The notes under the pieces: model-generated | Seen by the model: the letters and a program-made list of their open reading frames with translations, nothing else | Database searches by the model: none | Told to the model about the DNA's origin: nothing | Position numbers and translations under genes: made by a program | Origin: Dehalococcoidia bacterium | GTDB taxonomy: Bacteria; Chloroflexota; Dehalococcoidia; Lucifugimonadales; VXLM01 | Direction: 5' to 3' | Assembly (NCBI GenBank): GCA_963662435.1 | Contig: OY759598.1 | Span: 1,768,507-1,832,506 of the forward strand | DNA: 64,000 nt | In this document: positions 1 to 9,632 of the stretch, one piece after another | How the letters are laid out: each line of letters opens with the position of its first letter | How positions within the stretch are numbered: position 1 is the stretch's first letter

Positions 1-723
1 GACATACAGTTCATCATCGGCAAGGAGCAGACGCAGGAAGGGTTCTTCCACACGTTCAATGCGCTCCACATGGCGGGCAAGCAGATCGTCATTACGTGCG
101 ACAGGCCGGTAAGCGAGCTTTCGCTGCTGCAGGACCGCGTGTCTTCCAGGCTGGCGGGAGGCCTGGTAGTTGACATCCAGATACCCGACCTGGAGACCCG
201 GCTGGCGATACTGAGGTCAAAGGCCGAGCAGATCGACAGGGAGTTTCCCAACAACGTGCTGGAATTCATTGCGGGGCGCGTCCAGCGGAACGTGCGGGAG
301 CTGGAAGGATGCCTGAACATCGTGGCTGCGTATGCGGGTCTGGGCCACAAGACATTAGACGGAGCCACCGATTCGGACGTTGACCTGGACCTGGTGGAGC
401 AGGCCTTGGAGGATTCGCTCAAGGAGAGCGCCAGGAGAGTATCCGAGGAGGACGTGCTGGGCGCGGTCGCACGGTACTTCTCCATCGACAAGTCCACGCT
501 GAAGGGTAAGAAGCGCGACAGGACGACGGCACAGGCGCGGCATGTGTCGATGTACCTGCTGCGAGAGGAAGTGCAGCTACCCCTCGCGACCATCGGACGG
601 GTCATGGGCGGCAGAGACCACTCGACGGTTATCCATGCATGCCGGAGGATCGAGCGTCAGCTCGAGGCGGACACGCGTCTCCGGCGTGACCTCATGAACA
701 TTCGCGAGTCTCTTGCGGCGTAG
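1..723 (+). CDS. dnaA: Chromosomal replication initiator DnaA, 3' part (truncated by window start)
   Basis: Frame open from base 1: DIQFIIGKEQTQEGFFHTFNALH (after Walker B), RLAGGLVVDIQIPDLETRLAIL, NVRELEG (sensor II), domain IV GGRDHSTVIHA. Confidence 0.97.
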   Translation, partial: DIQFIIGKEQTQEGFFHTFNALHMAGKQIVITCDRPVSELSLLQDRVSSRLAGGLVVDIQIPDLETRLAILRSKAEQIDREFPNNVLEFIAGRVQRNVRELEGCLNIVAAYAGLGHKTLDGATDSDVDLDLVEQALEDSLKESARRVSEEDVLGAVARYFSIDKSTLKGKKRDRTTAQARHVSMYLLREEVQLPLATIGRVMGGRDHSTVIHACRRIERQLEADTRLRRDLMNIRESLAA

Positions 724-880
724 TCACCTTCCCTTCTGCTCCGACGTCGTTGAAATGACGGGGCAATTGGGGGATGGACTCGAGTTCTCCATCGACAGGG
801 CGGGTTTCCGACCCTCCCCTGCCGTGCATGGGGCCCATTGGCCTTCGATGACAGGGTGTTGGAAACCCTGGCCATTCTGC

Positions 881-909
881 TTGACTGTAGTAGGCGGTGC
901 CAATATACT
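881..909 (+). promoter_or_regulatory. Sigma70-type promoter of the DUF11 gene pair
   Basis: TTGACT (881-886), 17-bp spacer, TATACT (904-909). Confidence 0.65.
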
Positions 910-995
910 CGGTCTCGCTCGGCACACCGGAAAATGAATTGACGCCCGACGCTGGGATTTCGGTGTTCGATGGGCGTCGAGAGAGAAGGTGTTTC

Positions 996-1508
996 ATGCT
1001 ACGCCAAGGCCCCGCGTTCTGGTTCGTACTGGTACTAGGGCTTCTCATGGCCGGCCTCATCATTGGAGGCGGGTTCTACTTAGCCGTAAATTTGGGAACG
1101 GTTGAGTTGGGCGGGCCCCCGGATATGGCGGCGACTATGACGACTTCCTCCAGCCAGGTTGCCGCCGGCGGAGAAGTGACCTATACGGTCGGGTATCAGA
1201 ACAAGGGTGAGAACCCCGCCGGGTCGGTCTCAATGACCATCTCCTTGCCGGCCGGATCGACCATCGGAGAGATCGTTCCTTCGGCGGCGTGCACGCCCTC
1301 CGGCACAACTGTCACCTGCAGGCTGGGCACTCAGAATCCACAGAGAAGCGGCGCCGTGACCGTCACGGCAACGATAGATTCCTCGGCGGCAAAAGGCACG
1401 GAACTGCAGGCCCAGGCAATGATTGAGACTGCTACAACGCGCGACGAAAAGAAGTCTGAGACGGTGAAAGACAACAACACTGCGACGGCGGTTGTCACGG
1501 TGCAATAA
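996..1508 (+). CDS. Membrane-anchored DUF11/Ig-like domain protein
   Basis: ATG at 996 after GAAGG; N-terminal hydrophobic helix; DUF11-like pattern (GGEVTYTVGYQNKG...VTCRLG...DNNTATAVVTVQ). Confidence 0.7.
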   Translation: MLRQGPAFWFVLVLGLLMAGLIIGGGFYLAVNLGTVELGGPPDMAATMTTSSSQVAAGGEVTYTVGYQNKGENPAGSVSMTISLPAGSTIGEIVPSAACTPSGTTVTCRLGTQNPQRSGAVTVTATIDSSAAKGTELQAQAMIETATTRDEKKSETVKDNNTATAVVTVQ

Positions 1509-1591
1509 AACTTGCATCGAAGGCGGGCCGAGACTACATTAGTCTCGTGTCGTCTTGGCGCGATGGCGATTAACGGACGAGGAGGAGATCG

Positions 1592-2770
1592 TTGGCGGAA
1601 CGTTTCACACCTGAAACAGGTCCAGGGTCGAGAGAACCGATAAAGCCACTACGGCTCAGCGAGGAGGAGCCCAGTGGGCTGATCGGTTTCCTCGTGTGGT
1701 GGAGGAAGCGCGGCGGTATATTCTGGTGGACGTCAATTTTGGCCGTCCTATCGATAGCTACCCTGGCCGGACTGGTCTTTTGGATTGCCCGCGATGTTGG
1801 ACACCTCGACTTCCGACCCGCGCCCGACATGACGGCAACGATCACGGCGGACAAGACTTCGATTTCCAAGGGCGACACCGTCATCTTCAAGATCATTCAC
1901 CTTAACCAGGGGGGGTCGGAGGCGGGTGCGGTAACGGTCGATATCGAGATGCCGGACGCACTGACCGCAACCAGAGTGGAACCGGGGACACCCGCATGCA
2001 GCCAGGCGAGCAAGCTCGAGCGGTTTGCGAGTCAGGAAGCGGGAGAAATAACGGGCGAACCGGGAGGCACAATGACCTGCCTCCTCGGAACGCGGGCGAC
2101 AAACGCCCAGGGAACCATCACACTTGAGGCGGATGTCGGCGACGTGGCCGACGGCACAACCCTCAACCTCGATCTCTGGCTCACGACATACCAGACCGAC
2201 AACGTGGCCAAGGACGAAGACATCTGGTCGAACAACTGCACCAGGCTCAAGGCAGTCACAGGATCGGGCGGTGGGATTTCAAGCGAACCCCTGGGCTGCA
2301 CATCGCTGGCGTTCGTGTCCAGGAGTCTAGGCATCAGGTCTCTGGAGGAGTCGGTAGCACCCGGAGGGACATTCGCATTCGTCGTCGACCATGAGACCAT
2401 TGGTGGAACCGACGAGTCAGTCCAGGAACTAACGATCGACATCTTCATGCCGAACGAGCTGACGGCCAGTACTCTCCAGCGGTTTATCGACGAGAGGCTG
2501 TATCCCAGCCATCCCAACTGCACTCATCCGAACGTGCTGGAGAAGTTCGAAGAGGACGGAACCGGCACCTTTACCGAGACAGCAGGGGGAACGATAACCT
2601 GCGACGTGGGCGGCCGCAATATTGGAGTGGCGGCAGAGATCGAAGTGCGGGGGGTCGCACCCAATGTAGCAAGCGGCACAACATTGAACATCACTGCCTG
2701 CGTACGACTGGAAACGGCCGCGAGCGCGGACCCGAACGATTGCAGGATGCTGTCAGTGAACGTGCAGTAA
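1592..2770 (+). CDS. Membrane-anchored protein with two DUF11-like domains
   Basis: TTG start after GAGGAG; TM helix; two repeated Ig-like domains with paired Cys (PAC...GGTMTC; PNC...GGTITC). Confidence 0.7.
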   Translation: MAERFTPETGPGSREPIKPLRLSEEEPSGLIGFLVWWRKRGGIFWWTSILAVLSIATLAGLVFWIARDVGHLDFRPAPDMTATITADKTSISKGDTVIFKIIHLNQGGSEAGAVTVDIEMPDALTATRVEPGTPACSQASKLERFASQEAGEITGEPGGTMTCLLGTRATNAQGTITLEADVGDVADGTTLNLDLWLTTYQTDNVAKDEDIWSNNCTRLKAVTGSGGGISSEPLGCTSLAFVSRSLGIRSLEESVAPGGTFAFVVDHETIGGTDESVQELTIDIFMPNELTASTLQRFIDERLYPSHPNCTHPNVLEKFEEDGTGTFTETAGGTITCDVGGRNIGVAAEIEVRGVAPNVASGTTLNITACVRLETAASADPNDCRMLSVNVQ

Positions 2771-2793
2771 CGATTTTCGACCAATGACGATTC

Positions 2794-2829
2794 GAGAGGT
2801 GGGTCTTTTTGGGCCCACCTCTTTTCTTT
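2794..2829 (+). terminator. Rho-independent terminator
   Basis: AGAGGTGGGTC...GGCCCACCTCT stem followed by a T-rich tract. Confidence 0.7.
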
Positions 2830-2865
2830 GGGGCCAGGACGTGGGCCTGCGAGCCGAATCTCGCG

Positions 2866-2894
2866 TTGACGCGAAAGGTCTATACTCCTACACT
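2866..2894 (+). promoter_or_regulatory. Sigma70-type promoter of the acylase gene
   Basis: TTGACG (2866-2871), 17 bp, TACACT (2889-2894). Confidence 0.55.
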
Positions 2895-2930
2895 GCACGT
2901 CCACAGCAGTCCCATGTGAGGAGTATCCCC

Positions 2931-5267
2931 TTGTCCGAAACCCGAGCAGTATCCCAAAGCGCCCTTGACGCCTCAGTCCCGAATGTCAAGGTCACCCTGT
3001 CGTTCAGCGAACTGGACGGTCCGGTGACCGTTTACCGCGACGCCCACGGCATTCCGCACGTTAAGGCGACAACGGCGCACGACGCCTTCTTCGGCCAGGG
3101 GTTTACCACGGCGCAGGACCGCCTATTCCAGATGGACCACGACCGCCGATGGGCGTATGGGCGGTGGGCCGAGTTTGCGGGCGAGAGCGCGGTCGAGCAG
3201 GACGTCCTCATGCGGAAGTTCCAGCTTCGGAAATCCGTTGAGCGAGACTACGCGGCGATCAACGACGAGACGCGGGAGATGTTCGAGGCGTACGTGGAGG
3301 GAGTGAACGGATTCATCGAGACGACCGAGTCGCTTCCGGTCGAGTACGCGATGCTTGGAGAGTCTCCTGAGGCGTGGACGGCGCATGACTGCCTGGCGGT
3401 CTTCAAGGCGCGGCACGTGTTGATGGGTCACATGGAGGCAAAGCTGTGGCGGGCAAAGATGGTGGCTGCACTCGGCCCGGAGCGAGCGGCGGAGCTCATG
3501 CCCCAGTATGAAGAAGGAGGTCTGCTGATCGCCCCGCCGGGGGCGGAGTACCTCGGGGACAACTACGACGTGTTGAGTGAATACGTGTCGGGCGCGGAGT
3601 ACGTGGACGGGATGGCTGATGCGGACTCAGGCAGCAACAACTGGGCCGTGCATGGGAGCAGGACGAAGTCGGGCAAGCCCCTGATAGCGGGGGACCCGCA
3701 CCGTCCCATCGAGACTCCGAGCGTCTACTATCAGAACCACATCGCCTGCGACGATTTCGACGCTATTGGGCTGTCGTTTCCGGGTTGTCCGGCATTTCCT
3801 CATTTCGGTCACAACGCCCGCGTGGCATGGTGCGTGACCCATGCGGCGGCTGACTACCAGGACATGTACATCGAGTCGTTCCGAGGCGGTGGATCGCTCC
3901 ACTACGAATACAAGGGTAGCTGGAAGCATGCCGAGACTCACACTGAGGTGATCCAGGTGAGAGGCTCGGAGGCGGTGGAGATCGAGGTCACGACCACTCA
4001 TCACGGGCCCATTGTGGTTGGGGAGCCGAGCAGCGGGAGGGCGATCGCCTTCAAGTACACGGCGACGCATGGCGCGAACACCGCGCACGAGGCGCTGCTT
4101 CTGCAATTGAGGTCAAGCTCGGTGGATGAGATGGATGAGGCGATGCGGGGATGGGTAGACCCGTGCAACAACTACGTCTTCGGAGATGTCGACGGGGACA
4201 TCGCGTACCTCACGAGGGGGAAGGTGCCCGTACGCAGTATGGCGAACGCCTGGCTTCCGGTGCCGGGCTGGACGGGTGAACACGAGTGGGACGGGTTCAT
4301 CCCGTTCGAGGAGATGCCGCGCATTCGGAATCCTGAGAACGGGTTCATCGTCACGGCAAACAACAAGCAGGTGGGTGACGATTTCCTCCACTACATCAGC
4401 GTCCAGTACGCGACGGAGCACCGCGCGCGTCGAATCTATGACCGGCTCGTCGAGATTCCGAGTGCGACAGTCGAGGACATGGGGGATGTTCACGCCGAGA
4501 GCGTGTCGATCCCGGGCCTTGCGTACCGGACGCTACTGGCAGACGTGGAGCCCATTGACGAGCGATCGGCGACGGCGAAGGAGATACTCACGAGTTGGGA
4601 CGGAAGAATGGACGTGGACGCGGTCGGGCCGACCCTCTACAGCACGTTCCGGCACCGTCTCGACGACAAGATATTGAGGGGACTACTCGGGCCTCTGGGG
4701 GACTATGCACTTGGCGCGGGCGGACGCGGCGCGCCCCATCACGTATCGCTGCTCAAGGCCCAGTTCGTTCGCATGGCGGAGGCCGAAGACTCGTCGTTTC
4801 TACCGGACGGGACTACGTGGAGTTCGCTCATGGCCGAGTCGCTTGGAAGCGCGGTCGAGTACCTGACGGAACGTCTTGGCGACGACATGAGCGAGTGGAC
4901 GTGGGGGCGAATTCACCAGACGAACCGGCCTCACTGGCTGGCGAACCACTACGAATGGGCCACGGAACTGGAGGGCCCCGCGATGCCGCTCGGCGGTGAC
5001 GGAGACACGCCCCTCGCCGCAAGCTACTCGCACGCCGAGCCTTTCGGGATCTCCGGGTCGTCGGTAGCGCGGTACATCTACGACCTGAGCAACTGGGACA
5101 ACTCGCGTTGGATCGTACCTTTCGGGGCATCGGGGCATCCGGCGAGTGCACACTTCGCCGACCAATCGACGACCTGGGCTGATGTCGACTTCATCCCGAT
5201 GACATACAGCTGGGACAAGATCGTGGCGGGCGCTGAGACGAGTCAGAGCCTCTCGCCGGGAGAGTGA
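2931..5267 (+). CDS. Penicillin acylase family (Ntn hydrolase) protein
   Basis: RDAHGIPHV, AQDRLFQMD, catalytic GSNNWAV, AGDPH, GASGHPASAHFADQ; likely TTG start at 2931 after GAGGAG. Confidence 0.93.
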   Translation: MSETRAVSQSALDASVPNVKVTLSFSELDGPVTVYRDAHGIPHVKATTAHDAFFGQGFTTAQDRLFQMDHDRRWAYGRWAEFAGESAVEQDVLMRKFQLRKSVERDYAAINDETREMFEAYVEGVNGFIETTESLPVEYAMLGESPEAWTAHDCLAVFKARHVLMGHMEAKLWRAKMVAALGPERAAELMPQYEEGGLLIAPPGAEYLGDNYDVLSEYVSGAEYVDGMADADSGSNNWAVHGSRTKSGKPLIAGDPHRPIETPSVYYQNHIACDDFDAIGLSFPGCPAFPHFGHNARVAWCVTHAAADYQDMYIESFRGGGSLHYEYKGSWKHAETHTEVIQVRGSEAVEIEVTTTHHGPIVVGEPSSGRAIAFKYTATHGANTAHEALLLQLRSSSVDEMDEAMRGWVDPCNNYVFGDVDGDIAYLTRGKVPVRSMANAWLPVPGWTGEHEWDGFIPFEEMPRIRNPENGFIVTANNKQVGDDFLHYISVQYATEHRARRIYDRLVEIPSATVEDMGDVHAESVSIPGLAYRTLLADVEPIDERSATAKEILTSWDGRMDVDAVGPTLYSTFRHRLDDKILRGLLGPLGDYALGAGGRGAPHHVSLLKAQFVRMAEAEDSSFLPDGTTWSSLMAESLGSAVEYLTERLGDDMSEWTWGRIHQTNRPHWLANHYEWATELEGPAMPLGGDGDTPLAASYSHAEPFGISGSSVARYIYDLSNWDNSRWIVPFGASGHPASAHFADQSTTWADVDFIPMTYSWDKIVAGAETSQSLSPGE

Positions 5268-5321
5268 GACGAACGGGGTTCCCCGTTCGTGGGTTGACGG
5301 GTTATTGGGTAGGTGGTGGAA

Positions 5322-5427
5322 CCCTCACCCCAGCCCTCTCCCGCGAACGGGAGAGGGGGTAAGAGCGAAGGGTGAGGTAGGTGTGGGCCCTCCCCCTCTC
5401 TGTGTCTCTCCCCCGGCGGGGGAGAGA
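5322..5427 (+). repeat. REP-like mosaic block (families A and E)
   Basis: A: CCCTCACCCCAGCCCTCTCCC-loop-GGGAGAGGG; E: CCCCCTCTCTGTGTCTCTCCCCCGGCGGGGGAGAGA; both recur in the window. Confidence 0.85.
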
Positions 5428-5441
5428 TTGGGATCTTGGGG

Positions 5442-5861
5442 CTACAGTCTGTCGTCGGGGATGACGGCGAAGATGTCGATCTCGAAGTCGATGTAGGTCT
5501 CAGCGAGTCCGTCGACGACCAGGCCGGTCGAGACAGGGTAGACGTCCTTGAGGTGCTTGCCGAGAACCGGGTAGACATCGTAGCGATACTCGCGCTGGGT
5601 GACGTAGGTGGTGATTTTGCAGATGTCCTCCATCCGAGCGCCGGCCTCTTCGAGGAGTACCTTGCAGTTCTCCATTGCCTTCTCCGCCTGCGCGGCGGGG
5701 TCTCCCCTACCGATAAACTCCCTTGTGTCGCGGTCGAAGCCGGTGAGGCCGACGAGGAAGACCTGGTTGCCAGCCCTTACGGCCTGACATGACTGGAAGT
5801 CCAAGTCGGGGAGCATTGGGCCGCCTCGTGTGCTGACGCGCCGAAATCGCTGATGTGCCAT
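5442..5861 (-). CDS. Rid (RidA/YjgF/YER057c/UK114) family protein, copy 1
   Basis: QAVRAGNQVFLVG, AQAEKAMEN..LLEEAG, KITTYV, FEIDIFAV. Confidence 0.9.
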   Translation of the reverse strand: MAHQRFRRVSTRGGPMLPDLDFQSCQAVRAGNQVFLVGLTGFDRDTREFIGRGDPAAQAEKAMENCKVLLEEAGARMEDICKITTYVTQREYRYDVYPVLGKHLKDVYPVSTGLVVDGLAETYIDFEIDIFAVIPDDRL

Positions 5862-5984
5862 GGTTATTGCCTCCGATGTCTTCGTTGTGTCGGGAGAGTT
5901 TACATCAGAGAGGGTGTTTCATAGCGCAGGGGACTGAGTGGCGGGGGCTGGTTTCGGCGGCGTCTGGTCTAACTGTGGGGATTC

Positions 5985-6143
5985 TGGATTTCGGCCTCCG
6001 CCGGTATGACGGTGGTGGTTGCGGTGAATTGTCCTTCGACAAGCTCAGGACGAACGAGGTGGGGGCACCTTTGATGTGATTCGGGGGGGCTCCGGGCGGG
6101 GGCATCACCCTCACCCTAGCCCTCTCCCATGACGGGTGAGGGG
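5985..6143 (+). repeat. REP-like mosaic block (families C, B, A)
   Basis: GGATTTCGGCCTCCGCCGGTATGAC; GTCCTTCGACAAGCTCAGGACGAACG; CCCTCACCCTAGCCCTCTCCC..GGGTGAGGG. Confidence 0.85.
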
Positions 6144-6176
6144 ACAAGAGCGAAGGGTGCGATTGGGGTGGCGGGG

Positions 6177-6596
6177 CTACAATCTGTCGTCGGGGATGAC
6201 GGCGAAGATGTCGATCTCGAAGTCGACATAGGTCTCCGCCAGACCCCTGACTACGAGGCCGGTCGAGACCGGGCTCACGTCTCCGAGGTGCTTCGCGATT
6301 ACCGGGTACACGTCCTTACGGTACTCACGCTCGGTGACGTACGTGGTTATCTTGCAGATATCATCCAAGCGAGAGCCGGCCTCTTCAAGAAGTACCTTGG
6401 CGTTTTCCATCGCCTTCTCCGCCTGTGCCGCAGGATCTCCCTTGCCGATAAAGTCCTTCGTGTCGCGGTCGAAACCGGTCAGGCCCACAAGGAAGACCTG
6501 GTTGCCGGCGCGAACGACCTGGCATGCTTGGAAGTCCAGATCGGGGAGCATCGGGCCGCCCTTCGTGCTGCCTCTTCGAAAACGCTGATGAGCCAT
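6177..6596 (-). CDS. Rid family protein, copy 2 (tandem paralogue)
   Basis: Near-identical to 5442-5861; start aligned to MAHQRF, preceded by GAAGG. Confidence 0.9.
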   Translation of the reverse strand: MAHQRFRRGSTKGGPMLPDLDFQACQVVRAGNQVFLVGLTGFDRDTKDFIGKGDPAAQAEKAMENAKVLLEEAGSRLDDICKITTYVTEREYRKDVYPVIAKHLGDVSPVSTGLVVRGLAETYVDFEIDIFAVIPDDRL

Positions 6597-6734
6597 GTCG
6601 CCTTCCCCCACTGTCGATGGTATGTGGCAAGAGTTTACATCAAAGAGGGTAGTCCATAGCGCTTGGGATTGGATTTTGGGGACTGTTTTCGGCGACGTTG
6701 GGTATGTTTTGCGGGGATTCGAGTAGGTGCGGAG

Positions 6735-7005
6735 CCCCCTCTCTGTGTCTCACCCCCCGTCGGGGGAGCGATTGGGGTCGTGGTGGTTGCGAGAAATTGT
6801 CCTTCGACAGGCTCAGGACGAACGGGGGTGGGGCCACCTTTGACGTGATATGGCGGGCAATTGCGGAGGTGGGGGGCACCTCTCTGTGTTTCTCCTCCGC
6901 TGGGGGAGAGTCTGGGGTGCCAGCTTCTTGGCGGCGGCCAGTAGGATGCGCGGCCCGACGGAAGATGGCGCCCTCATCCCAGCCCTATCCAACGACGGGA
7001 GGAGG
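6735..7005 (+). repeat. REP-like mosaic block (families E, B, E, degenerate A)
   Basis: Motifs at about 6735, 6799, 6878 and 6970. Confidence 0.75.
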
Positions 7006-7085
7006 ATATGACAGGTCAGGATTGAATTGGCGGCCCTGTAGTGAGAACATCTTGGCTCGGTACATTCATTTTGGGGGAACTGGAT

Positions 7086-9545
7086 ATGAGTCTCACGGAC
7101 AGCATTCCGGACAGGGCGCGAGTGGTGATAATCGGCGGGGGCATCGTGGGGTGCAGCGTCGCCTACTACCTGACGAAGCAGGGGTGGAACGACGTTGTGG
7201 TGCTGGAACGCAAGACCATTGCGGGCGGGTCGACATGGCACGCGGCGGGGATGGTGACGCAGCTCAGGTCTACGAGGACGATGATCGACATCAACCGCGT
7301 GGGGGTGCAGTTGTATTCAACACTGCACGAGGAGACAGGAATACCGACGGGATTTCGCGCGTTTGGAAGCTTGACGGTGACGACGACGGACGGACGCATG
7401 GACGAACTCAAGCGCATCCTGTCGCTGGGCAGGTGCTACGGGATAGAGATCCACGAGATCACGGCAGAGGACGCCGGGACGATGTGGCCGCTCATGCGGA
7501 CGGAGGACCTCAAGGGGGGCATCTATATTCCGAAGGACGGCGAGGCGATTCCGGCGAGCGCGGCGATGTCGGTGGCGCGAGGGGCCGAGATGGGCGGAAC
7601 GCGAATCATCGAAAACGTGCAGGTTACGGGCGTCACACAGGACGCGGGCGGGGTGACCGGCGTTTCGACTGACCGTGGAGACATCGAGTGCGAGGTGGTC
7701 GTGTGCGCGGCGGGAATGTGGTCGAGGCAGCTTGGGCTTAGCGCGGGCGTCGACATTCCGCTTCATGCGGCGGAGCACATGTGGCTGGTTACCAACAAGA
7801 TGGGGATATCCGAGGACATAGCCGGGTTGCGGGACCCGGACGAGCAGATCTACTTCCGGAGGGACGCCGAGGAGCAAGGGGCGATCCTCATGGGCGGGTT
7901 CGAGACGACGGCCAAGCCGTGGGGCGACGACGCGATTCCAGACGACTATCACTTCGGATTGCTGGAGCCCGATTGGGAGCACTTCAAGGTGTTTTGGGAG
8001 AACGCAGTGCATCGAGTTCCCGCGATGGGAGAGGCAGGCATCAACCGGTTCTGCGTGAGTGCCGAGAGTTTCACGCCGGACAACAGGTACCTGATGGGCG
8101 AGTCGCCCGACCTGAGGAACTTCTACCTGGCGACGGGGCTGAATTCGACAGGCATCGCGGCGGCACCGGGAGTGGGCAAGGCCGTGGCGGAGTGGATCGT
8201 GGCGGGGGAGCCGACGATGGACCTTTGGGAAGTGGACATTCGCCGGTTCCACCAGTTCCAGAACGTCAAGACATACCTGCACGACCGGACGGTGGAGTCG
8301 GTCGGGACGCTGTACGGGATGCACTGGCCGCACAAACAGATGGAGACGGCACGGGGAGCGCGGCAGTCGCCGTTCCACGAGAAGCTGGCGGCAATGGGGG
8401 CATGCTTTGGCGAGGTGGGAGGATGGGAACGTCCCAACTGGTACGCGCCTCCGGGCGTGGAGCCGGTGTACGGGTACTCCTTTGGACGGCAGAACTGGTT
8501 CCCCTACTCTGCCGAGGAGCACCGGGCGGTACGTGAGCGCGTGGGGCTATTCGACCAGACATCGTTCGCGAAGTTCCTGCTGCAAGGCAGGGACGCGGAG
8601 CGGGTGGCCCAGACAATCTTCGCTGGGGATATGGCGGTCAAGCCGGGGAGTATCGTGTACACGGCGATGCTCAACGAGCGGGGCGGCTTCGAGTCCGATC
8701 TGACGGTGACGCGGACGGGGGACGAGGAGTACCTGATCGTGACTGCGGGATCGACCGCGAGGCGCGACTTCGGTTGGATACGGAGCCGTGTACCCGACAG
8801 TGCTCACGCGTTCCTGACTGACGTTTCGTCCGGGAGCGCCGTGCTGGGACTTATGGGGCCGAACTCGAGGGCGCTGCTCTCGGAGGTTACCGACGCCGAC
8901 GTTTCGAATGAGGCCTTTCCGTACTTGACCTCGAGGGAGATCGCCATCGGGTATGCGCCGGTGCGGGCGTCGAGGGTGACATATGTCGGTGAGCTTGGCT
9001 GGGAGCTGTATATCCCGACGGAGTTCGCGGGACACGTGCTCGAGCGGATCATGGAGGTCGCGCCGAAGCATGGACTACTTCCGGCGGGGTTCCACGCGAT
9101 GGAGACGCTGCGGCTGGAGAAGGCGTACAGGGCGTGGGGACATGACATCTGTGACGTGGACACGGTCGTAGAGGCGGGTCTGACCTTTGCGGTCGCCTTG
9201 GGCAAGGGCGTCAACTTCATTGGGCGCGACGCGGTGCTCCGTCAGCGCGACGAGGGCGTGACGCGACGGCTGGCGGTATTCACGCTCGAGGACCCGGAAC
9301 CATTGCTTCTGGGCAATGAGCCGATCTGGCGTGACGGGCAGCTGGTGGGAAGGACGACCTCAGGGGCGTTCGGGCATACGCTGGGCGTGTCGGTGGGGAT
9401 GGGATACGTGGAAGACGAGGACGGTGTCACTAATCAGTGGGTCCGAGGCGGGGCGTATGAGTTGGAGGTTGCGGCGGAACGGTTCCCTGCAAAGGTGCGG
9501 CTAACGGCTCCGTACGACCGAAGAGGGAGGCGGGTGCGGATGTGA
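7086..9545 (+). CDS. GcvT-family FAD-dependent oxidoreductase (dimethylglycine/sarcosine dehydrogenase-like)
   Basis: VVIIGGGIVG FAD motif, GSTWHAAG, ESFTPD, GGWERP, YVGELGWEL, LRLEKAYRAWG, C-terminal GcvT barrel. Confidence 0.93.
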   Translation: MSLTDSIPDRARVVIIGGGIVGCSVAYYLTKQGWNDVVVLERKTIAGGSTWHAAGMVTQLRSTRTMIDINRVGVQLYSTLHEETGIPTGFRAFGSLTVTTTDGRMDELKRILSLGRCYGIEIHEITAEDAGTMWPLMRTEDLKGGIYIPKDGEAIPASAAMSVARGAEMGGTRIIENVQVTGVTQDAGGVTGVSTDRGDIECEVVVCAAGMWSRQLGLSAGVDIPLHAAEHMWLVTNKMGISEDIAGLRDPDEQIYFRRDAEEQGAILMGGFETTAKPWGDDAIPDDYHFGLLEPDWEHFKVFWENAVHRVPAMGEAGINRFCVSAESFTPDNRYLMGESPDLRNFYLATGLNSTGIAAAPGVGKAVAEWIVAGEPTMDLWEVDIRRFHQFQNVKTYLHDRTVESVGTLYGMHWPHKQMETARGARQSPFHEKLAAMGACFGEVGGWERPNWYAPPGVEPVYGYSFGRQNWFPYSAEEHRAVRERVGLFDQTSFAKFLLQGRDAERVAQTIFAGDMAVKPGSIVYTAMLNERGGFESDLTVTRTGDEEYLIVTAGSTARRDFGWIRSRVPDSAHAFLTDVSSGSAVLGLMGPNSRALLSEVTDADVSNEAFPYLTSREIAIGYAPVRASRVTYVGELGWELYIPTEFAGHVLERIMEVAPKHGLLPAGFHAMETLRLEKAYRAWGHDICDVDTVVEAGLTFAVALGKGVNFIGRDAVLRQRDEGVTRRLAVFTLEDPEPLLLGNEPIWRDGQLVGRTTSGAFGHTLGVSVGMGYVEDEDGVTNQWVRGGAYELEVAAERFPAKVRLTAPYDRRGRRVRM

Positions 9546-9632
9546 CCGACGCTTGAAGGACGTTGCCAAGCGTGTCACCATGAGGTCATTCCATTTCTGG
9601 CGCAGCGGCCGGACTGTGCGAAAAGAGGAGAG

